Shown here in pieces: positions 47,211 through 57,856 of a stretch of 64,000 nt of DNA. Where the stretch lies: contig MU004189.1 of NCBI GenBank assembly GCA_010093605.1, positions 1,247,834 through 1,311,833 on the forward strand. Reading direction: 5' to 3'. The translations under genes were made by a program, and so were the position numbers. The notes beneath the pieces were generated by a model. That model made no database searches. It saw only the letters and a program-made list of their open reading frames with translations, and was not told where the DNA came from. How positions within the stretch are numbered: the first letter of the stretch is position 1; each line of letters begins with the position of its first letter. The DNA comes from Lophium mytilinum (Eukaryota).

Positions 47211-48655
47211 ATGCGCCTCTCCACCGCCCTCGCCGCGACTCTATCGAGCACCGCACAAGCAGGCACCCTCCTCTGGGACGGCCGCTTCAACGAGTTCAAC
47301 ACCAGCGCCGACCTCACCAACTGGTCCTGGGCCAACCAAGTCGGCCCGTACCAATACTACATCCACGGCTCCGGCCCCGTCACCGACTACGTGAACCTCT
47401 CGCCCGACTACAAGAACCCCGCCGACGTAGTCAGCAAGCAGGGCGCCAAGATCACGATCGACGATACCGCGAAATGGAATTCTGATATGTGGCGGACGGA
47501 GTTGATACCGCAGACGACGGCGGCGATTAATTCGGGGCATGTGTTTTACCATTTCAGCATCAAGAGGGGCTCGGTGAATGTGCCGAGCGCAACGAATGAG
47601 CATCAGATTTGCTTTTTGTGAGTGTGAGGGTGTAGCTGAATGTTGGATTGATAGGACGCTGATAGGGTGCAGTGAGAGCCATTTCACGGAGTTGAAGTAT
47701 GGATGGGTGAATGGTGAGGCGGGGACTACTGATACGAATTTGCAGTGGATGGTGGGTGGGACTAGCAAGTGGACGACGAGTTTCGATGCGGATGTTTGGC
47801 ATAACGTGGCGTACGAGATTGTAAGAAATCTTGGGACGTGTTGCGGGGGGTGGTGCTGATGCTCAAACAGGATTTCTCGGCCAATACGGTCACGTTCTGG
47901 CATTCCACTGGTTCAGACGCTCTCACGAAGACTGCGGGACCGTTCTCCGCGAGCACTTCATCGGTAAGACTGTTTGGCTGATTTGGGAGTATCTAATACA
48001 GTGACAGGCCACAAGTCTGGGCACACTGGTACGCCACTGCTTGGGGTACCCCCACGGGGTTTTGAAGACGCAAGGGCGATGTCAAGCTTCAAGCAGTGCA
48101 GACTAGACTGCTTCTTGACTAATTGCCTGCTCAGCAGCTAGGCTACCCCAAACAGTGGTGTTGGGTGGATAAACTGGAGCGAGCCCGTGCCTAGACTTGT
48201 GGCCTAGGACTATAGACGAATGCTGAACAGTATTCTAGAATGGCGCTGATTGGCATCTCGGAGTTCTTCGACTACCCCGTAGTGGCCTTGACGGAACTGG
48301 CGCCGAAGACTGGTTCTTCAGTGGCACATATATCGAATCCGGCTCTCTCACAACGGCGATTGGATCTGGCAGTGGGACCGGAGGCTCAACCGGCGGGACA
48401 ACTGGTATAATCACTTCTGCTGCTGCGACGACATTGGCGACCTCGACGGTTGCTGCGGTTTCATCAGCATCGGCTGTTGTGGGAACAGTTGCGAAGTACG
48501 GACAGTGTGGCGGAAGCACCTACACGGGAGATACTAATGTAGGTCGTCCATTTCGCAATTCCTGTTAAGGCGTGTTTGCTAACCTACTGGCTCTTTAGTG
48601 CGTATCCGGGTCTAGCTGCACAAAAGTCAACGACTATTACTTCCAATGTACCTAG
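47211..48655 (+). CDS. Secreted glycoside hydrolase family 131 beta-glucanase with Gly/Thr linker and C-terminal CBM1
   Basis: LWDGRFN, WSWANQVGPYQYYIHG, RTELIPQT, EHQICFFESHFTELKYG, DWHLGVLRLP; CBM1 YGQCGGSTYTG..C..C..VNDYYFQC. Introns 47618-47672, 47821-47870, 47964-48238, 48539-48598. Confidence 0.93.
47999..48212 (+). mobile_element. Tc1/mariner-type MITE copy 1, inside GH131 intron 3
   Basis: TA|CAGTGACAGGCCACAAGTCTGGGCAC...GTGCCTAGACTTGTGGCCTAGGACTA|TA; removing it leaves a normal 59-nt intron. Confidence 0.85.
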
Positions 48656-48772
48656 GGGAGGAGTGAAAAGTGGTGGACCCTTCTCCGGAAACGCTGGCTG
48701 CGCACTGTAACTGGCTTTACAAAACACAATTATAGTGGTTACTAAAAGACACTTACTATATTTCGTGACGTA

Positions 48773-48999
48773 CAGTGACATTCGAATTGTCAGTGCACGC
48801 TTGTTCGCCACTACTTGGGGTACGCCACAGGATTGCAAAAATCCCATGCCGATGTCGAGGTTCAAGCAGTGCGTATTAGACTCCCTCTTGACTGACTAGC
48901 TACCGAGCAGCCAGGCTACCCTTTATATCGATGACGGGTGACCAGTATTCGAGCCAAGCAGCGACGATTCCATGTGCTCAGAATTATGATCTAGTACTG
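48773..48999 (+). mobile_element. Tc1/mariner-type MITE copy 2 (diverged), just downstream of GH131
   Basis: TA|CAGTGACA...GTACTG|TA; interior (cgccactacttggggtac, ttcaagcagtgc, tcttgact, aggctaccc) aligns with copy 1. Confidence 0.75.
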
Positions 49000-49103
49000 T
49001 ATGTCCACGAACTTCCGATGTAGAGAAAAGGCTTTCTTCATCATCTCGGCGGGGCCATCTAGTAGAGATTGTTTAAGCCCAGATAGAAATCTTAGTCTTT
49101 CCA

Positions 49104-50100
49104 TCATATAGTCGGAGAGCGTCGAAGGGATGCGATAGATTCCCGGGGGTTGATTTCCTTCAAAGTCATCGAGAAGAATTTCCCGTCTCTACAAAATAGG
49201 TTGGAGTCTTGCGAGGCCTCAAACTTCGGCTTTGCCCGACCTCTTTCAGCCTCGAGGACACGCTTCTCGAAGTCTTTGAGCGCCTTGCTTTTGCCGCCAT
49301 CACCCTGGAGAGCGTAACCTTTGCGGGATCGCAAACTCGAATATTGCGACCCATGTACAATGTTCGACGAGAAGGCGCTAGGTGATGGTGACTCTCTCGT
49401 TACGAAACGAGTATGGCGGTCGCCAGACCTGCGAGCGATGCCGATGAGAGATTCGGGGTCGGTGGGTTGATAGGCGCCGGACCTTTCTCGCCTTATACCC
49501 CCGGTCATGTAGAGCAGGGAAAGGCATATGATAATAGCCACAACTAATGCTACCATGCCGGCGCGCCAGAAGCGTCGTAATATCAATGCTTTGTGATGCG
49601 AAGGCCTATACCTAGCGGGGCAGGACGGAATCGTGGACTTGACAACGTGGACGAAGCGAGTGATCGGAGGTGGTCGCAAGGGCTGATTCAATGCTGATTG
49701 GCAATCTGAAGAAATCGTATGGTTACTAGCCTGCGTATGGGTTGAGCAAATGTCTTTTAATGCGTCACGTCACGTTGAAGTATCTTACTTCTTCATTTGC
49801 GCACCACTCCCAGAAATCTTTCTTCGCTGTCCATCGCGCTAAATCGTTGGTCTGTATGGCTGGGGGAAGGTTTGCGATGGCAACAACTAAGCCTAGAAAC
49901 GTCACAAAAGCTACCACCGCAGTAATAGTAACGTATTTCCTCCACTCTTTGAGTTTTTTCCGGACATTGGCGCGAAAACTATGAGTCTTTTCTATACATT
50001 TGCTAAAGAAGCAGCTTACGTTGTCCGCCATAGTGGAGTTGATGACGTCGATTCCCCGGCCACGAGCGATTTCCTGGAATAGCGGCATCCACGACGGCAT
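49104..50100 (-). CDS. Hypothetical two-TM fungal membrane protein (LARWTAKKDFWEWC motif)
   Basis: ORFs 50100-49789 and 49730-49104 join in frame across intron 49788-49731; two hydrophobic segments. Confidence 0.65.
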
Positions 50101-50759
50101 GATGCGCGGCTTTGGCAGTCATGAAATGTTGTTATCTGTGCTTCTCGTTCTGAAGGGAGCATAGCACGAATGTGAGTTCACGTTGTCTGTGTGACTTGAG
50201 TCGGTGAATGTGTTGCTCTCGTGCCATCAATAAGAGCCAGGACGTGAAAGTGGGGTTGAGAGGGGAACGCGCACTCAAATACGATAACAAAACACTAAAC
50301 CTGCATGACGCCAACTTCAGAGAAAGCGTTTGGGCGTTGTTCAGCTATTATTGGTCCATGTACGGGGTGGCACATGTGGCACAGACACCACAGCCAATGG
50401 TAGATATGCCAGGCATCAAGGCACCAACAAGGCTTACCGAAGAGCGTCGGTTTCCGGTGAGTCAACTGGGACTGAGTCGTTGGCAATATGAGAAAGAGTA
50501 AGACGAATAAAGAGGGCGCAACGTGAAGCACTGCTTGAGAGATAAAATTGTGCAGTATAAATGAATTATAGGGGATGCAATGCGCATTACACATGAAAGC
50601 TTCTTAACCTCGATTTTACCGTCTGACTTCAATTTTATTAGCCGCTATGAGACTTCAAGATCTTTAATGCGTGCTGGTCGAAAATCAAGTACTTCGTTGA
50701 CCCTCAAGTAGAGTACTCTGTTGACACTCAAATCTGATTGAACTTGCGATGTAGTCCTA

Positions 50760-50987
50760 CAGTACCCGGCCATAAGTCTGGGTACATAAAATTATTTTTA
50801 CTTTACTCTAACTTTGCTCAACCGACACTACTGTTAGGGGTAGCCTGGTTGCTAAACAATTAGTCAGTTAAGAGACAGTCTAATCTATACTGCCTGGAAC
50901 TCGACTTTGCGGCTAGAGGTTTATAATCTTGTGGGGGTGCCCCAAGCAGTGGCGAAGCAGTGTGCCCGAGCTTTTGGCCTGTCACTG
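50760..50987 (-). mobile_element. Tc1/mariner-type MITE copy 3 (inverted)
   Basis: TA|CAGTACCCGGCCATAAGTCTGGGTAC...GTGCCCGAGCTTTTGGCCTGTCACTG|TA; the interior is a diverged reverse complement of copy 1. Confidence 0.8.
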
Positions 50988-51413
50988 TAAAGTTCCATGC
51001 CTGCGAATAGACAGGCGTATAGTATAGAAAAGGGTTGGCTAAAAGAGCGGTTGAATAGATCTCACCGCTTAAAGAGTTTGATCGAAGATGAGTAGATTGC
51101 AAAAGGTGGTTGTTGTAGTGAGTCGAGATCATGAAGTAAAAGTGAATGAGATGACCGCGCCAAGACCTTCGAGAAGCTCGGACGTTATTGGCAACCTGGC
51201 GGTTTGTTTTGTTATCGACCTTGGTTCGCATCTCTACCTCAACACCACCGCACCTCATCGCGATATTGCAGCTGTTTTCTGCTTCTTCATCACGAGCGCC
51301 TTACTTCCCGATGATATAAACCCTTCCATCCCTATTTTGCGTTCCGTGCTTGCTACTCTCACATCACCCCACCGCCACAAGACGTCACCGCAACCACCAG
51401 CTGCAGCGCCGCC

Positions 51414-53622
51414 ATGGCGTCAGAAGTCGACTATCTGGATCCCTCCTTCGAGCCAAGCTCCGTCACCGTTCCGCGACTCCGAAACATCCTCCTGGAGAAT
51501 GCGGTCCAGTACAACTCATCGGCGAAGAAACCGGACCTCATCGCTTTGTTCAACGAACACGTTGCGCCAAAGGCCTCCAGGATCTTGAAGTCGCGATCGC
51601 GAACAAAGCGCTCCGCCAAGGGCATAGAAGATGTGCCGTCCAGCCAGTCGAGTACTCTGGACGACGTGGAGGATGAGGTGCCTGTGCTGCCCACACCGAG
51701 CACGGTGAAGCGCACCTCTCGGAGGACCACGCGCGCCACGACCGAGGAGGAAGGCGACAGGACTTTGGTACCTGGCCTACCGGCTACGCGAGGGAAAACC
51801 CCGTCGAAAGCTGCAAAGCATGCGCGAGAAATATCGGATGTGGAGGTTGAGGAGCGCCCGGCGGCTCGGCGTACCAGGCATAGCGTCACGCCCGCTGTGA
51901 AGGACGAGGAGTCAGAACCGGAAACATGGCATCGGCACGAAGACATCGAGAGCCCCTTCTCTGCGGATAATCCCTTCCAGAGCGGCAGCTCTCCGCCTCA
52001 AGCAGAGACACGGCCCGACCGACGACGAAGGACTCTTGGGCCTGTCGAGAAGGAGAAGAGGAAGAGCAGCGCAAGACGTCGAACGGAGCAACCAAGAGTA
52101 GAGCAGCAGGACGACGGCATTGTTGTCCCAACTAGGAGAACCTTTGAGATGCCCGCGACGCAGCTCAAGCGAGAGAGAGCATCTCTGACGCCGAGCGCAC
52201 AGCTTAAGCGGGAGAGGGTGTCTGCAACGCCCAGCGGCCTAGAGCCCGGGGAGGAGTTCACACCAGAGGAGACTATGGATCTCGTTCACGAGCAGGAGCA
52301 GAATGGTAATGTTGCCGTCCTGCCTCCGCGCCGGAAGAAACAGCCAGCAAAGTCAACTGGCACGCTCAAAGCTGGCATCTGGGCCGTGTCTCTGGCATTG
52401 GCAGGTGGGCTGGGTACGGCATGGCGACAGGAAAAGCTTGCCGTTGGGTACTGTGGAGTCGGACGCGAGCAGCCCTCTCTGGCTGGCATCGATATCCCGG
52501 AGTGGGCGAACGACTTCATCCCGCAATGCGAACCATGCCCGACACACGCGTATTGCTACGGCAACCTCGAAACAGTATGCGAGCCAGATTTCATACTCAA
52601 GCCACATCCATATTCGCTCAACGGACTCGTCCCGCTTGCCCCGACCTGCGAACCGGACAGCGAAAAGGCCCGGCGTATCGGCCAGGTCACCGACAGAACC
52701 GTTGAAATTCTCCGGGACCGACGGGCTAAATGGGAGTGTGGCAGTCTAACCGATGGCGACGGCAATCCGATACCCGCGGTTGAGATGACCGAGCAAGAGT
52801 TGAAAGAAGAGATGTCCGTGAAGCGTCGTAAGAGCATGTCACAGCAAGAGTTCGAGGACTTGTGGACCGGCGCCATTGGCGAAATCGAGAAGCGCGATGA
52901 AGTCATCACAAACACTGACGCGTATGTTACTCTCTCTCCTTGCTACTATTCCCTGCGTAAACTCGTTCTGACACTCGAATCTGTACTAACAGATTCGTTG
53001 CTATCTCTACAGAGTCACCGGCCGACGAACCCTCACCTCTATCTCCACCGCCAAAGTTCCCTTCGGCTGCAGCATCCGACTCTGGGTCAGAGGATCACTG
53101 GAACGACATATTTGGCAGCTTGTTGGCATAGTCCTCTTCCTCGCGTCTGGGTCGTATGGGTGGTCTAGCATCACATATGGTCGCCAGACGGAAGTGAGGG
53201 CGAAGAAGCTTGCGAAGTACGCTCTCGACCGGCTCGCGTCCCACGCGGCGCTGAATTCACAAGAGCCCGGGGCGTACCCGGAAGTGGGGATCAGTATGAC
53301 ACAGCTCAGAGACGACGTTTTACGAGATGAGTTCTCAGCAAAGCGGAGACAGAAGTTGTGGGAGAAGGTGCAGAGCAAAGTCGAGCACAACTCCAACGTT
53401 CGCGCAGCGGTGCGTGAAGGTAGGAGCGGCGACGTAGCGCGGATGTGGGAATGGATAGGGCCCGTGGAATACATAGAAGATGGGCGCGGCAGTGGTCGCC
53501 GTGATAGCGGCAGGCGAAGTCTGGGGCCTGTTGTTGGATCGAGTCCTGCGCGGGCGGGCACGCCTCTCGGGGACGACACGAGGCGATCTGGCAAGTGGGA
53601 TGAGGGCAGGCCGATCTATTAA
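51414..53622 (+). CDS. SRC1: Inner nuclear membrane protein Src1/Heh1 (HeH/LEM + Man1-Src1 C-terminal domain)
   Basis: YLDPSFEPSSVTVPRLRNILLEN..Y.SSAKK.DLI.LF (HeH); TM1, GYCG, CEPCPTHAYC; intron 52922-53012; TM2; LRDDVL, NSNVR, WEWIG. Confidence 0.92.
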
Positions 53623-53992
53623 TGTTTGTGTATTACCTTTCACATGGCTAACGTTGGTATCTCGGACGTGATGGGTGGGATAGTGGACATGCTTCAGAGG
53701 CGTTGGACGGGTTGGAGATACCTATTTTCATAGATTGATAATGTTTACATCGTGCATTCATGATCTTTTCTATCGATTGACTTTTGAATTACTCATAATT
53801 CTTAACTTTCGAACATTCTCTTCTGTCGACTCAGGACCGTGCACGTGACCTTCTACCTGCCTTGGCGCGCTAATCCAATCGAGGCGCACAAGCGAATCGA
53901 GGAATTTCGACACCACAGAACTTCCGCGTTGACAGCAGCACATCGCCCTCTTCACACGCTTCACCCAACACACGTCGAAGAACTCTGTCAAG

Positions 53993-55160
53993 ATGGTGAG
54001 TACCCCGCCTGCTTCTCATTTTGCTATATACCATGGAATCGGAATTGCGACGCAGACGCGGCTTGGAGACTTGAGATTGCGGCGAGCGACGACACCCCCA
54101 CCAGACTGCACGAGCGCTGTATTATGGACACGACACCGGGATGGATGATCTTTAGAGCCAGGGGAGGGATTTTAAAGAATAGGGTCGTTGGAAGATATGT
54201 TACAATAGGGAATATCGCGGAAGATGGCTGGAATGATAAGAGAACTGAGATGGAACAACTGGCTGGAAGAGCCGCGTCCGTTGGCGGAAAGGATCAATCG
54301 AGACCCAGCATTCATGGCGATTGGACATAGGATATTAGACCGTGGGCGCGAAAAAGGGCTCTTTGCAGTCCCCAGAAGCTTCCGCGTCTACATCGCGAGA
54401 TCGCAGACGTGCACTTCTCCGAAGGGAAGTGAAAGGATTCCTCCAGGTGTACGTGCTCACCTACGACCTTCCAGGACGACGAGCGTACACGCTTTCTGCA
54501 ACACCTCAATACTAGGAGTTGGAGATAAACGCCTGTCCGCCCCGCACATATCTGGATTGCGATATTCTCGACAGCAAAACCACAATCTCAAGTCCCAAGC
54601 CAGCCTCACGAGCAAGATCCGGACATGCCAGAACTGGAGGTGTGCCAAAGTCTTGTCGATCAAATGCTCACATTTATTCTCAGGTGAACGTTCCCAAGAC
54701 CCGCCGAACCTACTGCAAGGGCAGGGATTGCCACAAGCATACCGTCCACAAGGTACACCCTCTCGTCGTCCTCGGTCCGAATCGCATACTGATAGCAGTC
54801 TAGGTCACACAATACAAGGCGGGCAAGGCATCGCTATTCGCACAGGGAAAGAGGCGTTACGACCGCAAGCAGGCCGGTTACGGAGGGTACGTGGTCTATG
54901 GATGTCTAGCTCACAGGACTCCAGCTAATGAATCTCAGTCAAACAAAGCCCGTGTTCCACAAGCGTGCGAAGACCACGAAGAAGGTCGTGTTGAGGTTGG
55001 AATGCAACGTTTGCAAGACCAAGGCGCAGCTCGCGCTCAAGCGGTGCAAGGTACGACTCTCCCAACTTGAAATATATTCGAACAAGTGGCTAACTATCGT
55101 TCTCAGCACTTCGAGCTCGGCGGTGACAAGAAGACCAAGGGTGCGGCGCTTGTCTTCTAG
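53993..55160 (+). CDS. RPL42: 60S ribosomal protein eL42 (L42/L44), Pro56 (cycloheximide-sensitive type)
   Basis: Exons 53993-53995, 54684-54752, 54804-54886, 54939-55050, 55107-55160 give [12 protein letters not shown]...[12 protein letters not shown]...[17 protein letters not shown]. Confidence 0.96.
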
Positions 55161-56535
55161 ATGCAGAACTTTCCTTCTCTTGAGTGGTTCTTCTGGGATA
55201 TGGCAATGGGTGAGGGCATGCATTGGGCTGCTGCGGAGATGAAAGAGGGGTGCACTATGATTGCATCCGAGCCAAAGACGATTGATCCATCAGACCTCAA
55301 CTCTTTGACTGGCTACATACTCATACAGTGAGCAATGAGTGATCTGCACTCGGCATTACTTTGAAACTCGTGACTGGAGACTACTAATCAGTAATATGAC
55401 CTACTAATCAGGAATCTTCAACCGACCTACTACTTATGACAGTTTCTCCTTCGTTTCCTACTACCTTTGACCTCCTTTTGAAAGCATTACGCCTCCTAAA
55501 CTATCTCGAGATGAAACCCAACACCAGTTGGTGGGTCACGTGATAGCCGAACGTTCCCACATCCATCTTCAATCCAGAACTCACATGTCAGCAACCATTC
55601 TCCCTCAACTCCTCCGGGAAAGGTTTGCCAAAACTGAAATGCTATACGATTCAGTCCGCCCGTCTCTTTCCCGTGACTTATCCTAAAGCCTAGGCTCAAC
55701 GTCTTCCCCGCATCCCCAGAAACAGGAAAAGGGCCGTGCCGATGATGCAAGGGGCGAATCAACCTCACCACCACCAACATCATCATCTCGTACGACACAA
55801 ACTGCCGAGGCATCTCGCACTCCCAGCCGTCCCGCGGACTCAATATTCACCTCCACATCCAAATGGAGCACAGCTACATCGGAGCATGCTTCACCGTGGT
55901 TACTGCCGTCCTTAGCAATGCATCTTTGATGCACGGCAGTTGTTGTCACTGGTGCATTACTCGGGATGCATTCAGGCCGACTACGACCCCTCATACGACA
56001 AGCTTATCAAGCTTCCTCAGATGCTACAAGAGAGGCGAAGCTTTTTTCCTAGGCCGCCAGCATGTCGGTGGTACGATTCTCGCTTTATGTCCGGCGATTG
56101 TTTCCGGACCATCCGGTCTGTAGTCCAGTATGGAGCGTGTCACTATTCGGACTTCGCTGTTCGTAAATCTCCACGTTTTACGATCTCCTGTTTTTATTGA
56201 CAGTCCCACTTAGCAATGATGCTAGATCTCAAGCGTATCCGTTTCATCCAATAGCCAACGCAACATGAGTACAATCTTCCCGGTGACCCGGGATACTCCC
56301 CACGGGGTAGAGGTCCGATCGGGGATAGAGATGTGGCTGCAGTGCGCCCAAGGCCCCTGTCCCCAGTGCTTTTGGCTTTGTGGACGAAACGGTAGGAAGA
56401 TCGTCGTACGGCACTGACGTACCTTCGATTTGCCGTTTCCTTTGGCTTCCGGTCCTTCATTCATATGTTCGCTTGTATCCCTTCGTTTCTGTCTTCTGTA
56501 GCAATTGGACTTGAGTTGCGCTTTTGATTTTCAAG

Positions 56536-57748
56536 ATGTCGGACATGAACCATATCGAACGGCTGCAGACCAGTGACATGGAACTGGGGGCTACCGAAGC
56601 CGTCCAGCGCCATGCCTCTCGTCATGTTATAGAACGCAGACCTATTTCTCAAAGGAAGCTTGACTTCGAGCATTCCAGGCCGAGATGGCTGAGGGAGATG
56701 GCTGCTGAGGCCACGGGCGTGTTCTTTTACGGTATGTTTACACACAAGAGCGTGTTGGGTGAGAATTTACTGACATGGGCAGTCTACCCTGGCATCGCCT
56801 CAACCGCGTCGTTTTTCCTCAATGACACCGAGCCGATCTTTGGCTCTCTCTTCCAGATCGGATGGGCATATGCCATTGGTATTGCCTTCGCTATCATAAC
56901 ATGTGGTCCTACCTCCGGTGGTCACTTCAACCCAGTACAGTCCCTCTCAATTGCGTTTCTAATTCTTTTTATTTACCCTCCTTTAGGCTATCACCCTCTG
57001 CTTCGCCTACTGGCAAGGTTTCCCATGGAAAAAAGTCCCCTACTACATCTTCGCCCAAATCTTCGGCGCCTTCATGGCCGGCATGATCCTCATGGGCCAG
57101 TACCACGAGCAGATCTCCGCCTACTCCGCCGCGACGAAAGCCGCTGGCAAAGGAACCGTTTTCAACGGCGGCCCGGCGAGCATTCTCTGCACGTTCCCAG
57201 GCGAGAATCAGAACAATCTCGGCTATCTCTTCCTCATCGAGTTCTTCGTAGATAGCTTCATCGTACGTACCCGTCTCCCCTTATCTATTCCCGCGCTCGA
57301 TTATCAACACTAATTTCGCCAGGGCATCGTGATCTGGGCCTGCCTCGACCCGGCCAACCCCTTCGTCTCCCCCGTCTCCGCCCCCTTCACCATCGGCCTC
57401 GCCTACGCCAACATGGTGTGGGGCTTCGCCAACATCTCCATCTCGACCAACCTCGCCCGTGACCTGGGCACGCGAATCGTCGCCGCGATCTTCTTCGGCG
57501 GGGAAGCGTTTAGCTATAAGAATTACTCCTGGATTGCGATTCTAGTGAACGTACCTGCGACGTTCTTTGCGACGGCGTATTATGAGTTGGTGATGCGGGA
57601 TAGTTTGAAGAAGATTGGGACGGGCAGGGCGGTGCATGCGGAGGGGGAGGAGGGGTTGACGAGGCATTTGAGTCGGGTGGGGGTAATTGAGACGGGGATG
57701 TCGGGGGTGTTGAGGAATGGAGGGGAGAAGGGGGATAGAAATGTGTGA
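56536..57748 (+). CDS. MIP-family aquaglyceroporin-like channel (NPA / NLA motifs)
   Basis: SGGHFNP|AITL and STNLARDLGTR; introns 56732-56782, 56935-56986, 57263-57322. Confidence 0.92.
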
Positions 57749-57856
57749 GAGTTGTGTGGAGACGAACTCGGTTAGAATAGTACGTACACGTTTAATAGAC
57801 ATCAAACACACGGCTCCTCCTCAATACATTTCCAATGCCTAAAGATGAAATTTGCC

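Noticed and set aside
53839..54928. 163-aa and 234-aa plus-strand ORFs
   Set aside because: They run through RPL42 intron 1 and out-of-frame exons; no protein-like features.
55496..56200. Overlapping short ORFs between RPL42 and the aquaporin
   Set aside because: Possibly a decayed gene, but strand and family could not be determined.
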